Assembly: GCA_049646585.1 (NCBI GenBank)
Contig: JBARWC010000118.1
Span: 30,680 to 94,679 of the forward strand
Reading direction: 5' to 3'
From: Burkholderiaceae bacterium
Lineage (GTDB): Bacteria; Pseudomonadota; Gammaproteobacteria; Burkholderiales; Burkholderiaceae_B
Length of the DNA: 64,000 nt
The notes below the pieces were generated by a model, which did not search any database, had not been told where the DNA came from, and was given only the letters and a program-made list of their open reading frames with translations. Positions 55,130 to 64,000 of this stretch are shown piece by piece; positions within the stretch are counted from its first letter, which is position 1; every line of letters begins with the position of its first letter. The position numbers and the translations under genes are program-made.

Positions 55130-56308
55130 ATGACAGCAGAAACCAGTGGCGTCGCAGCAGGGCTCAGGCCTTTTTCCGGCCTCGTCGTTGTCGAGCTGGG
55201 TCACAGCGTGGCGGCTCCTTTCGCCGGTCAAATTCTCGGAGAGCTCGGCGCGCGCGTCGTCAAGGTCGAAAAATCCGATGGCGACGATGCCCGCAAGTGG
55301 GGCCCGCCCTTCGTCGACGGGGCTTCCTGTGTTTTCCAGGCACTGAACCGGAACAAAGAATCCGTTGTATGCAACCTTCGTTCCCAAAGCGACGGAGACG
55401 ACCTGAAACGCTTCATTGTCGAAGAAGCCGACATCGTCCTGCAGAACCTGCGCCCCGGACACGTCCAGAAGCTAGGCCTGGATGCGGAGGCCATGACGGC
55501 CCTCAACCCTCGCCTGATCTATTGCAATCTGGGTTCCTTCGGCAAGGCGGGCCCGCTTAAGGACAAACCCGGCTACGACCCCCTGATGCAGGCTTTCGGC
55601 GGCATCATGAGCACCACGGGCCACCCTGGGCAGGCGCCGGTGCGCGTCGGCCCCTCCATCGTCGACATGGGTACGGGCATGTGGGCCGTGATCGGCATAC
55701 TGACCGCCCTTCTGGAACGCAAGGACACCGGTTTGGGGCGCATTATCGACGTATCCCTGTTTGAAACCGCCGCCTGCTGGGTTTCGCTGCTTGCGGCGCA
55801 GTGCCTGACCTCGGGTGAGGCGCCCGGCCGGCAAGGCTCTGGGGCCTCCGGCATCGTTCCCTACAAAGCCTATACGGCACAAGACGGCCAGGAAATCGTC
55901 GTGGCCGCGGGCAGCGACGGCCTGTTCCGCAAGCTGGCCAACACGCTGGGTCATCCCGAATGGTTGAACGATCCTCGATTCGCCGACAACCCATCACGCG
56001 TCACTCATCAGCAAGAGCTCTACGCCAAGCTGGACGAGATATTTGCCCAATCCACCGGCGAGCAATGGATGGAGCGGATGGACGCCGCCGGAATTCCATG
56101 TTCGCCCGTTCAGGACATCTCGCAGATGCTGGCTCACCCCCAGACGGCCGCCTTGGGCCTGTTGCAGCCCGTGCCCGGCACGGATATGGAATTCATCGGA
56201 CTGCCCCTAAGCCTGAACGGACGGCGGCCGGCGCCCTGCGGCGCCCCGCCCGGGCTGGGGCAGCACACCCACCTTGTCATCAAGCACCCGGAGCGCACGG
56301 AAACATGA
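55130..56308 (+). CDS. Family III (CaiB/BaiF) acyl-CoA transferase
   Basis: 392 aa with LVVVELGHSVAAPFAGQILGELGARVVKVEK at the N-terminus. Confidence 0.85.
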   Translation: MTAETSGVAAGLRPFSGLVVVELGHSVAAPFAGQILGELGARVVKVEKSDGDDARKWGPPFVDGASCVFQALNRNKESVVCNLRSQSDGDDLKRFIVEEADIVLQNLRPGHVQKLGLDAEAMTALNPRLIYCNLGSFGKAGPLKDKPGYDPLMQAFGGIMSTTGHPGQAPVRVGPSIVDMGTGMWAVIGILTALLERKDTGLGRIIDVSLFETAACWVSLLAAQCLTSGEAPGRQGSGASGIVPYKAYTAQDGQEIVVAAGSDGLFRKLANTLGHPEWLNDPRFADNPSRVTHQQELYAKLDEIFAQSTGEQWMERMDAAGIPCSPVQDISQMLAHPQTAALGLLQPVPGTDMEFIGLPLSLNGRRPAPCGAPPGLGQHTHLVIKHPERTET

Positions 56309-57102
56309 ATCTGCCCGCCTACGAAACGCTCGCCACCAGCACCAGCGAGCCTCATATCCTTGTCGTGACGCTTAACCGTCCCGAAGTAGCCAATGCCATC
56401 AACACCCAGATGGGCAGGGATCTTCTGGATCTTTGGACCAGGCTGACCGAGGACGCGGGCGACATCCGCTGCATCATCCTGACGGGTTCGGGCGACCGGA
56501 TCTTCTGTGCGGGCGGAGATCTGAAGGAACGCAACGGCATGACCCGCGAACAGTGGCAACGCCAGCACGAGCTGTTCGAGCGCCAGTACTGGACGCTGAC
56601 TGATCTTCCCATACCCGTCATCGCGGCCGTGAACGGGCACGCCTACGCGGGCGGCTTCGAAATGGTGCTTTCCTGCGACTTCGCCTACGGGTCCAGCGCG
56701 GCGCGGTTCGCCTTGACCGAAGTGTCGCTGGGCATCATGCCCGGCGCCGGCGGTACGCAAAACCTGCCGCGCGCCATCGGTGAGCGGCGCGCCAAGGAAA
56801 TGCTGATGACGGCGCGCCCCATCACCGCGGCCCAGGCTCGGGAATGGGGTGTGCTGAATGAAGTTCTTGAACCGGATCAGGTGATGCCGCACGCATTGGA
56901 CACGGCCCGGGCGATCGCCGGCAATGCCCCGCTTTCCATCCGCCAGGTCAAGAAGTCGGTTCGCTACGGCATGCAGATGGAGCTCAAGACCGCCTACCGT
57001 TTCGAGGTCGAAGCCTACAACCATCTGGTGGAAACGGAAGATCGATACGAAGGCGTGCGCGCCTTCAATGAAAAACGCCGTCCTGTTTTCAAGGGGCGCT
57101 AG
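56305..57102 (+). CDS. Enoyl-CoA hydratase, methylglutaconyl-CoA-hydratase (AUH/LiuC)-like
   Basis: FCAGGDLKER, AAVNGHAYAGGFEMVLSCDF and IMPGAGGTQNLPRAIG. The ATG overlaps the upstream stop (ATGA). Confidence 0.8.
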   Translation: MNLPAYETLATSTSEPHILVVTLNRPEVANAINTQMGRDLLDLWTRLTEDAGDIRCIILTGSGDRIFCAGGDLKERNGMTREQWQRQHELFERQYWTLTDLPIPVIAAVNGHAYAGGFEMVLSCDFAYGSSAARFALTEVSLGIMPGAGGTQNLPRAIGERRAKEMLMTARPITAAQAREWGVLNEVLEPDQVMPHALDTARAIAGNAPLSIRQVKKSVRYGMQMELKTAYRFEVEAYNHLVETEDRYEGVRAFNEKRRPVFKGR

Positions 57103-57161
57103 GCAACCCGCGCTTTGGCCGCGGCAGGTGCTTGCGCGGCTAAGGGCGGCAACAAGGAGTC

Positions 57162-58109
57162 ATGATGAGCAAGCTGGACGTTATCGTACGGGAAGTCGGG
57201 CTTAGGGATGGACTGCAGATCCACCCTACCTTCATGCCCACGGAAAAGAAACTGCAATGGATACGCGACGAGGCCGCCGCCGGCGTGCCGGAAATCGAGG
57301 TGACATCCTATGTTCCTCGTTCGCTTATTCCCCAATTCGCGGATGCGGAAGAAGTCACGGTCAAAGCGCTGGAAGTGCCCGGGCTTACGGTTTCCGCCCT
57401 GATACCCAATCTGCGCGGAGCGGAGCGAGGCATCGATCTTGGGGTGCGCAAGATGAACTTCGTAATGTCGGTCAGCCGCACCCACAACCTGAAGAACGTT
57501 CGTCGCGAGCGTGAGGAATCGGTGGCGGACTTTCGCCGCATCGTGGAACTCGCCCGTGCCCAACCGGCGGACAAGCGCCCGATTATCGTGGGCGGCCTGG
57601 CCACGGCCCTGGGCTGTTCCTACGAAGGGAAGGTTCCGGTCGCGGACGTGGTGAAGTACGCCGTGGCGCTTGCCGAGGCGGGCGCCGATGAAATCGTGGT
57701 GCCGGACACCGTCGGCTACGCCGACCCCGTGCAGGTTCGCGAGGTCTTCAAAGCCGTCATGGGCGCGGTCGGACCGCTGCCGGTTGCTGCGCACTTCCAC
57801 GATACGCGGGGCCTGGGGCTGGCCAATGTCACGGCCGCCCTGGAATGCGGCGTGCGCAGCTTCGACGCGTCCCTGGCCGGGATCGGCGGCTGCCCGTTCG
57901 CGCCGGGAGCCACCGGCAACATCGTGATGGACGACCTGTGCTTCATGCTCGACTCCATGGGCTTGCGCACCGGCGTTGATCTGGAACGCTTGCTGAAGGT
58001 GCGCGACATCGTCAGCGAAACGCTGCCGGACATCGCCATGCAAGGCGCGATCGCGCGCGCCGGGCTGCCGCATAACTATCTGACCGCGGCGCAGCGCAGT
58101 CACGCCTGA
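57162..58109 (+). CDS. Hydroxymethylglutaryl-CoA lyase-like (HMGL family) enzyme
   Basis: VREVGLRDGLQ N-terminal motif, AAHFHDTRGLGLAN, and GGCPFAPGATGN with the catalytic Cys. Confidence 0.85.
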   Translation: MMSKLDVIVREVGLRDGLQIHPTFMPTEKKLQWIRDEAAAGVPEIEVTSYVPRSLIPQFADAEEVTVKALEVPGLTVSALIPNLRGAERGIDLGVRKMNFVMSVSRTHNLKNVRREREESVADFRRIVELARAQPADKRPIIVGGLATALGCSYEGKVPVADVVKYAVALAEAGADEIVVPDTVGYADPVQVREVFKAVMGAVGPLPVAAHFHDTRGLGLANVTAALECGVRSFDASLAGIGGCPFAPGATGNIVMDDLCFMLDSMGLRTGVDLERLLKVRDIVSETLPDIAMQGAIARAGLPHNYLTAAQRSHA

Positions 58110-58147
58110 ACGCGTCTTCAACCCCATCACCTCCCATGTGAAAACCC

Positions 58148-59338
58148 ATGAACGAACCAAAACGCTACGAAGATGTGCATATGCCCCTGGGCGAGGACTT
58201 CCTGGAAATAAGGGAAAGCGTGCGCAAGATATGCGCCGACTTTCCCGGCGCATACTGGCGCGACCTTGAAGCCCGGGAAGCCTACCCCAAGGAGTTCGTA
58301 AAGGCGCTTACCGATGCCGGCTACCTTGCCGCACTGATTCCCGAGGAATACGGCGGAGCCGGGCTGCCGCTGCGCGCGGCCGCGGTCATTCTCGAAGAGA
58401 TCCACGCAGCGGGCTGCAACGCGGGCGCCTGCCATGCGCAGATGTACATCATGGGCACGCTATTGCGGCACGGCAACGAACAGCAAAAGCGCCTCTACCT
58501 GCCGCAGATCGCCAGCGGCGCCTTGCGCCTGCAGGCATTCGGCGTCACGGAACCCACGAGCGGCACGGACACCACCAAGCTGAAGACACGCGCGGTCCGC
58601 GACGGCGACGTGTACCGCATCCACGGCCAGAAGGTCTGGACTTCGCGCGCGCTGCACTCCGACCTGATGCTGCTGCTGGCCCGCACCACCCCTCTGGAGC
58701 AAGTCCAGCGCAAGACCGACGGCCTGTCGGTGTTCCTGGTGGACTTGCGCAAATGCGTGGGCCATGGGGTCGAGATCAAGCCGCTGGCGGCGATGATCAA
58801 CCACAATACGACGGAAGTATTCTTCGACGGCGCAGAAGTTCCCGTCGAGAACCTGATCGGCGAGGAAGGCAAAGGCTTCCGCTACATACTGGACGGCATG
58901 AATGCGGAACGGATCCTGGTTTCCTCTGAAGCACTGGGCGATGGCCGCTGGTTCACCAAGACGGCCACCAACTACGCCAAGGAGCGCGTGATCTTCAACC
59001 GGCCCATCGGGCAGAACCAGGGCATACAGTTCCCCATCGCACGCGCCCATGCAGAGCTGGAAGCCGCCGACCTGATGCTGCGCAAGGCGGCCGCCATGTT
59101 CGGCGCGGGACTGCCCTGCGGCGCGGAAGCGAATATCGGGAAGATGCTTGCCTCGGAAGCGGCGTGGCACGCGGCCGAGGCCTGCCTGCAAACGCACGGC
59201 GGCTTCGGCTATGCCAAGGAATACGATGTGGAAAGAAAATGGCGTGAAACGCGCCTGATGCAGATAGCCCCTATTTCCACCAACCTGATACTGGCATACG
59301 TGGGCGAGCATATTCTCGGCATGCCGCGATCATACTGA
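58148..59338 (+). CDS. Acyl-CoA dehydrogenase
   Basis: 396 aa with the typical ACAD three-domain pattern, ending ..QTHGGFGYAKEYDVERKWRETRLMQIAPISTN. Confidence 0.88.
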   Translation: MNEPKRYEDVHMPLGEDFLEIRESVRKICADFPGAYWRDLEAREAYPKEFVKALTDAGYLAALIPEEYGGAGLPLRAAAVILEEIHAAGCNAGACHAQMYIMGTLLRHGNEQQKRLYLPQIASGALRLQAFGVTEPTSGTDTTKLKTRAVRDGDVYRIHGQKVWTSRALHSDLMLLLARTTPLEQVQRKTDGLSVFLVDLRKCVGHGVEIKPLAAMINHNTTEVFFDGAEVPVENLIGEEGKGFRYILDGMNAERILVSSEALGDGRWFTKTATNYAKERVIFNRPIGQNQGIQFPIARAHAELEAADLMLRKAAAMFGAGLPCGAEANIGKMLASEAAWHAAEACLQTHGGFGYAKEYDVERKWRETRLMQIAPISTNLILAYVGEHILGMPRSY

Positions 59339-59377
59339 CGGCGCAAGGCGCGCCGCTTATCCAACAAGGAGCATTCC

Positions 59378-60748
59378 ATGCCAGGCTTGACCGAAACGCT
59401 ATCCCGCTTTGCCGCGCAACCGTCCATGGCACCCATGACGGACGAGGTTCGCAACCTTGTCAAGACGGGTTTCATCGACGCAATCGCCACCATGATCGCC
59501 GGACGCGACACCGATGTCGTGCAGATCGTCCGCTCATTCGTGCGGCAGCGCCAATCCACCGCCGCGGAAGCACACGTGCTTTTTCTTGACGAACTGGCGG
59601 CCAGCAACGACGCGGCGCTCATCAACGGCTGCGCCGCGCACGCCCTGGACTACGATGACGTGGCGCTGGGCGGCCACCCCAGCACGGTTCTGGTCCCCGC
59701 CATCCTGGCCGAGGGCGAGCGCCTGAACGCCAGCGGCGAGCAAGCCCTGACCGCCTACCTTGTGGGGTATGAAGCGTGGGCCGAACTCTTCAGCCGCGAC
59801 CCCGATCCCTATCACCTGAAAGGCTGGCATCCCACCGCGGTGCTAGGCACGGTGGGCGCGGCCTGCGCGGTCGCCTACCTGAACAAGCTGTCCGTGGAAC
59901 AATGCAGCAACGCCATCGCCCTGGCCGCCAGCATGGCCAGCGGCCTGGTGGCCAACTTCGGCACCATGGCCAAGCCCCTGCATGCCGGCCGCGCCGCATC
60001 CTGCGCCATCGACGCCGTACGCCTGGCCGCCGGTGGGCTTACCGCCGCGCATGATGCGCTGGAGCACCATGCCGGCTATCTGGCGGCGCTTTCCCCCAAG
60101 GGGGCCGCAAATCGCGAAGATGCGACCGGGCTGGGCAAGAAGCTGCACATTCTTGAAGCTGGCCTGTCCATCAAGAAGTACCCCATGTGCTATTCCACGC
60201 ATCGGGTGGTCGACGGCATCCTGGACCTGGCCAAGTCCCATGCCATTCGGCCGGAGCAAGTGAAGTCCGTCCATGCCACCATAGGCGTCAGCCAGGCCTC
60301 CATGCTGCGCAACCATGCGCCGGTAACCGGCCTCGAAGCCAAGTTCAGCCTGGAATTCGCAGCGGCGGCGGCCTTGGATGCCGGCAAGGTCGGCTTGGCC
60401 GAGCTTAGCGACGAATATGTAAGTCGCCAGCAAGTTCGGGATTTGATGGCGCGGGTCAGCATCGATACGACCGACTCGCGCTGCCCCATCGAGCCGGTTT
60501 TCGCGCTGAACGACCAGGTGACCATAGAGCTTCAGGACGGGCGCAAGCTGTCTTCCGGCGATATCCGATTTGCCCGCGGCAACGCCAAGCTTCCCTTGAA
60601 GATGCAGGAGCTTCGAAGCAAATTCATGGATTGCTGCGCGACCGCGCCTGAACTGGATGCCGCCGCGTTGTATGATCGCCTGAGCAAACTTGAAACCGCC
60701 CAGGGCATAAGGGATATCGTCCCGGCGCGCGCCGCCGCGACAGCCTGA
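59378..60748 (+). CDS. MmgE/PrpD-family protein (paralog 2)
   Basis: 456 aa: ..AAHALDYDDVALGGHPSTVLVP..GWHPTAVLG... Confidence 0.8.
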   Translation: MPGLTETLSRFAAQPSMAPMTDEVRNLVKTGFIDAIATMIAGRDTDVVQIVRSFVRQRQSTAAEAHVLFLDELAASNDAALINGCAAHALDYDDVALGGHPSTVLVPAILAEGERLNASGEQALTAYLVGYEAWAELFSRDPDPYHLKGWHPTAVLGTVGAACAVAYLNKLSVEQCSNAIALAASMASGLVANFGTMAKPLHAGRAASCAIDAVRLAAGGLTAAHDALEHHAGYLAALSPKGAANREDATGLGKKLHILEAGLSIKKYPMCYSTHRVVDGILDLAKSHAIRPEQVKSVHATIGVSQASMLRNHAPVTGLEAKFSLEFAAAAALDAGKVGLAELSDEYVSRQQVRDLMARVSIDTTDSRCPIEPVFALNDQVTIELQDGRKLSSGDIRFARGNAKLPLKMQELRSKFMDCCATAPELDAAALYDRLSKLETAQGIRDIVPARAAATA

Positions 60749-60802
60749 CGGCAGTGTAAGCCCGCCCTGGCCTGAAGCCTTCACCACCTTGCCCACCACG
60801 CC

Positions 60803-61555
60803 ATGACGCCACACGCCAAGCCCGCTACGGATACAAGCACCTTCGTTCTTCTGCACGGCGCCTGGCATGGCGCCTGGTGCTGGAAGCACGTGTCCGGGCG
60901 GCTGCGCGCCGCCGGGCACCGGGTCTACACGCCGACGCTGACAGGGCTTGGAGAGCGCTCGCACTTGCTGGGCCCGGACATCACCCTGGAAACCTGCGCG
61001 CAGGACCTGATCAATGTTTTCCTATGGGAAGACCTTGACGACGTGGTGCTGGTTGGCCACAGCTTCGGCGGCATCGCCGCCAGCGCGGCCGCCGATCGCA
61101 TCCCCGAGCGCATCAGGCATCTTGTGTACCTGGATTCCCTTATCATCCAAAGCGGAGAAAGCCCCTTCTCCGTCGTCCCCCCCGACGTCGCCCAGGCCAG
61201 GCGCGACCTGGCAAGGCAAAGTCCGGGCGGCCTGTCCATTCCCGTTCCACCGCCGGAGGCCTTTGGCGTCACCGATGCGGCCGATGCGCAATGGCTGAGG
61301 GAAAAATGCACGCCGCATCCCGTCTCGACCTACGAATCCACTCTGACTCTACGGCACCCCGTCGGCAATGGATTGCCTACAAGCTATATCGCCGTCAGGC
61401 CCGAATATGCCCCGCTCGCCGCCGTACGGCAATGGGCGCGTAGCCAGAAGAATTGGGATTACCTGGAAATGGATGCGGGCCACGACGCCATGGTCACCTC
61501 GCCCGACGCGCTGGTCGAGCTGATGCTGGGTATATCAGCTTCCAGCCACCGCTAA
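60803..61555 (+). CDS. Alpha/beta hydrolase (SABP2/methylesterase-like)
   Basis: FVLLHGAWHGAWCW and nucleophile elbow LVGHSFGG. Confidence 0.75.
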   Translation: MTPHAKPATDTSTFVLLHGAWHGAWCWKHVSGRLRAAGHRVYTPTLTGLGERSHLLGPDITLETCAQDLINVFLWEDLDDVVLVGHSFGGIAASAAADRIPERIRHLVYLDSLIIQSGESPFSVVPPDVAQARRDLARQSPGGLSIPVPPPEAFGVTDAADAQWLREKCTPHPVSTYESTLTLRHPVGNGLPTSYIAVRPEYAPLAAVRQWARSQKNWDYLEMDAGHDAMVTSPDALVELMLGISASSHR

Positions 61556-62403
61556 GAGGCGAGGCCGCCCTCGCGTCGATAATCTGACGGAGACATGGCG
61601 GAGTATTCGCGGAAGGCGGTCGAGAAGTTGGCGGCGCTGGTAAAACCCATCTCGCTGGCAATGGCGGCGATGCTAAGCGAAGTGTGCTGCAGCAGGCGCT
61701 GCGACTCTTGCATGCGGCATAGGCGCAGATACTCGAAAACCGTCATATCGAGTTGCTGGCGAAAAGCGCGCGACAGACGCTTTTCGTTGACGCCGAGTTG
61801 CCCGGTCAATTCAGCCAGCGTGGGCGTATGCGATAAATCGAACCGCAACTGCTGCTGGGCGGCCCGCACCAACAATTGCTCTTCGCTCAGGCATTCTTCC
61901 TGGGGTGGCTCTTCCGAGCCCGGCGCCTGCCTTGGAGCAAGCCCCAGGTGGATGAGCACGCGCGCGACCACTTCTTCACACACAAAGGGCTTGAGAATGT
62001 AGTCGACGCCACCATCGCGCAAACCCGTCAGGCGATCATCGATGTCCCTGGCGGCACTCAGGAAGATGACGGGTATGGCCTCTGTGGAAGGGTTGGCTTT
62101 AAGCCGACGGCACAACGCAAAACCACCCATCCTCGGCATGCGAACATCCATCAGAATAAGGTCGGGCACAGCGGCCACCGCCCGGTCGTAACCCTGCACG
62201 CCATCAAAGGCGACGCTGATCCGGAACTTCAAGCAGCGCAACGCTTCAACAAGCAGCCGTAATTGGTCCGGGTCGTCTTCGACGATAAGAATGTGAGGTT
62301 CAAATTCCTTTTGCTGGGTCAAGGGCGGGTCCAAGATTTTTTCGACAAGGTGAATATTGAAGCGGCACTCGACCTGCCGTACAGCCGGGATCGAATGGCG
62401 CAA
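61552..62403 (-). CDS. Response regulator with REC domain and AraC-type HTH output
   Basis: REC motifs ILIVEDD and DLILMDVRMPRMGG..LKP, plus C-terminal AraC HTHs (LAELTGQLGVNEKRLSRAFRQ..IASEMGFTSAANFSTAFRE). The start is uncertain: the ORF-track start is TTG and there is no in-frame ATG before the REC domain. Confidence 0.75.
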   Translation of the reverse strand: MRHSIPAVRQVECRFNIHLVEKILDPPLTQQKEFEPHILIVEDDPDQLRLLVEALRCLKFRISVAFDGVQGYDRAVAAVPDLILMDVRMPRMGGFALCRRLKANPSTEAIPVIFLSAARDIDDRLTGLRDGGVDYILKPFVCEEVVARVLIHLGLAPRQAPGSEEPPQEECLSEEQLLVRAAQQQLRFDLSHTPTLAELTGQLGVNEKRLSRAFRQQLDMTVFEYLRLCRMQESQRLLQHTSLSIAAIASEMGFTSAANFSTAFREYSAMSPSDYRREGGLAS

Positions 62404-62735
62404 AAAAAGCGAAAACTTATAAAAAAGCGACGCACTGCCCTATAAATATATTCCACTATGCGCCACAGCATATTGATATTTATTTACGTTTTTCTTTTTA
62501 CCACCCTATTTTTGAAGTTATTTGAAACATTTTTGATGGCAGATCAGAGTCTTTCCAGTCCGGTAAATTCCTACATGGCTGGCAAGCTTCCTTCACGTTC
62601 AGATCGCCTTGGAATTGCACAGCCTCACGCCGCTCGCGCCTCGGGGCGGGCTTGCACCGCCGGCGCGCGAATGTAAACTCAATCTGTCGATTCACTCTTC
62701 ACTCCATCCTCCATAGCGACGGCAATGCCGCCAGC

Positions 62736-63425
62736 ATGACCCCAAAGACAGCACACACAACGATGCCGGCAAAATCCTTATCGCACGCCACGACGCCCCG
62801 CGAAGCGATTCTGGCCAAGCACCTGAAGCGATTGCTGCGCCTGGACCCACGCCTGGCGGCGGTATACGCCGTGGCCGGGCCGTTCCAGCCGCGCATCGGC
62901 CAGCGGGGCTTCGCCGGGCTGGCGCGCATCGTCTGCGGACAACAGGTGTCGGTGGCAAGCGCCAACGCCATCTGGAGCCGGCTGGAGGCGCTACCAGCAG
63001 CCACCACCCCTGAAGGCTTTCTTGGCCTGGGCGACGAAGGCTTGAGCAGCGTCGGACTATCCCGCAACAAGCGTCTTACCCTGTGCGCATTGGCTGAAAA
63101 ATTCGTTGCCGGCGATCTGGACGTCGATGCGCTGGAAGCGCTGTCGGCTGAAGAGGCCATTGCCGCCCTGACGGCGCACAAGGGCATAGGCCCCTGGACG
63201 GCGGAAATTTATCTGATGTTTTGCGCCGGCCATCCCGATATTTTCCCGGCCGGCGACCTGGCGCTGCAAAAAGCCGTGGGTGACGCCTTTGGCATAGATC
63301 CGCATCCCGACCGACGCGCCCTGGCGGACATCGCGGCCCGTTGGGCGCCCTACCGCGCTACCGCCGCGCTGCTGTTCTGGCGTTTCTATGCGGCCAGGCG
63401 CAGCCGTGAAGGTGTGGCGCTTTGA
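62736..63425 (+). CDS. alkA: DNA-3-methyladenine glycosylase II (AlkA-type HhH-GPD)
   Basis: HhH-GPD signature LTAHKGIGPWTAEIYLMF and catalytic FPAGDLAL. Start moved to MTPKTAH. Confidence 0.75.
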   Translation: MTPKTAHTTMPAKSLSHATTPREAILAKHLKRLLRLDPRLAAVYAVAGPFQPRIGQRGFAGLARIVCGQQVSVASANAIWSRLEALPAATTPEGFLGLGDEGLSSVGLSRNKRLTLCALAEKFVAGDLDVDALEALSAEEAIAALTAHKGIGPWTAEIYLMFCAGHPDIFPAGDLALQKAVGDAFGIDPHPDRRALADIAARWAPYRATAALLFWRFYAARRSREGVAL

Positions 63426-63495
63426 GCAAGCTTGCGCGCCTGGCCTGAACGCCTCGTTCGCGGCACGCGGGTACTGTGCCGAGTGAACCCAGGCG

Positions 63496-64000
63496 TCAGA
63501 AGCCGCTCTCGCGGATCAGGATGGACAGCAGATGGCGCGTGCCATCGCCCAGCAGGCTGCGCGGCTCACCGCTGATGATCACGCGCCCGCTGGTCTCGCG
63601 CAAGTCTTCCAGCGGCTGGTCCAGCCTCAGGCGAACCCGGTACAGGGCGTCGACAGGCTCGTCCTCGTGGCCCCGGGCGGCTTGAACCGGAATCGGGCCG
63701 CCGTGATTGCCGTTAAGCATGGTATGCGTCAGGCGGCGCGTGCGGCCAGGGTCGATAAAGGCCACCTGTGCCGGAACGCCGCCGGGAACGCCCCGAAAAT
63801 AGAAGCGCGCCTGCGCGCCCTGCTTCAGCCGCGCGACATCGTGCTGATCAATATAGGCATCCACCACCCAATCGCCGGGCTCGGTGAGCACTCCCAGAGG
63901 TGTGCGTGCATCCACCCAACTGCCCGTCCCCAGCGTGTGGTCCACGTCCAGCCAATCGCCGTCGAATGCGGCCTTCATCCGCAGGCGCGCCTGTTCGGCG
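63496..64000 (-). CDS. HlyD-family membrane-fusion/adaptor protein, C-terminal part (continues past the right edge)
   Basis: The beta-barrel/MPD-like C-terminus is ..VDAYIDQHDVARLKQGAQARFYF..AQVAFIDPG... The frame stays open to position 64000. Confidence 0.55.
   Translation of the reverse strand, partial: AEQARLRMKAAFDGDWLDVDHTLGTGSWVDARTPLGVLTEPGDWVVDAYIDQHDVARLKQGAQARFYFRGVPGGVPAQVAFIDPGRTRRLTHTMLNGNHGGPIPVQAARGHEDEPVDALYRVRLRLDQPLEDLRETSGRVIISGEPRSLLGDGTRHLLSILIRESGF

Noticed and set aside
57099-58253. 384-aa minus-strand ORF, with similar ones at 56134-57024, 58460-59311 and 59843-60964
   Set aside because: All are antisense to well-supported plus-strand enzymes (ECH, HMGL, ACAD, PrpD). 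Their composition is Arg/Gly/Ala-biased and no family motifs are present.
62458-62676. 72-aa ORF in the AT-rich region upstream of alkA
   Set aside because: The first half is translated from AT-rich promoter-like DNA (runs of F/L/I). The second half is GC-rich Ala/Arg filler. There is no RBS and it overlaps the extended alkA frame.

Overview
This is 64 kb of GC-rich proteobacterial chromosome. The gene content looks betaproteobacterial and Alcaligenaceae/Burkholderiales-like: an orphan Bug-family binding protein, many CoA-transferase/crotonase modules, and soxCDYZAX-trx-soxB order. That placement is inference; no search was run. No rRNA, CRISPR array, prophage or recognisable dedicated defence operon was seen.

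Gene order, left to right:
- Left edge: a hipBA toxin-antitoxin pair abutting the 3' end of tRNA-Gly(CCC).
- Housekeeping block: trmB, pip, thiS, ffh, a ccsA-like gene, a PP0621-like gene, ampD, and htpG with a textbook sigma32 promoter.
- A norCBQD nitric-oxide reductase cluster. Its NorC carries an extra C-terminal cytochrome c domain, and a 41-codon membrane micro-ORF precedes it.
- tRNA-Leu(CAA), followed by an AT-richer mosaic island of about 11 kb. The island holds an ISL3 remnant, an orphan ABC ATPase, a deacylase, a truncated regulator, vapBC, and an intact IclR/Bug/monooxygenase/CoA-ester catabolic operon.
- A GC-rich block of regulators and small-molecule genes: AraC, AhpD-like, bdhA, MFS, an ICL/PEP-mutase family lyase, TauE/SafE, SDR, LysR.
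- A complete thiosulfate/sulfide oxidation locus on the minus strand: cytochrome c, fccB, soxCDYZAX, thioredoxin, soxB, a secreted DsrE-like protein, and a SoxH-like protein. Divergent from it are a two-Cys ArsR/SqrR-type regulator, a YgaP-type rhodanese and a GT1 glycosyltransferase.
- A 13.5 kb acyl-CoA catabolic supercluster organised around a GntR gene. It contains a TRAP transporter, an acyl-CoA ligase, a CoA-transferase, an AUH-like hydratase, an HMG-CoA-lyase-like enzyme, an ACAD, two MmgE/PrpD paralogs and a hydrolase. A repeated GTACGTACAT operator-like motif occurs in both flanking promoter regions.
- Right edge: an orphan REC-AraC regulator, alkA, and a partial HlyD-type gene.

Best candidates for something new:
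- the NorC-cytochrome c fusion plus its micro-ORF;
- the secreted DsrE-like protein inside the sox operon;
- the two uncharacterised CoA-dependent catabolic clusters.

All family calls rest on motifs read by eye from the supplied translations.
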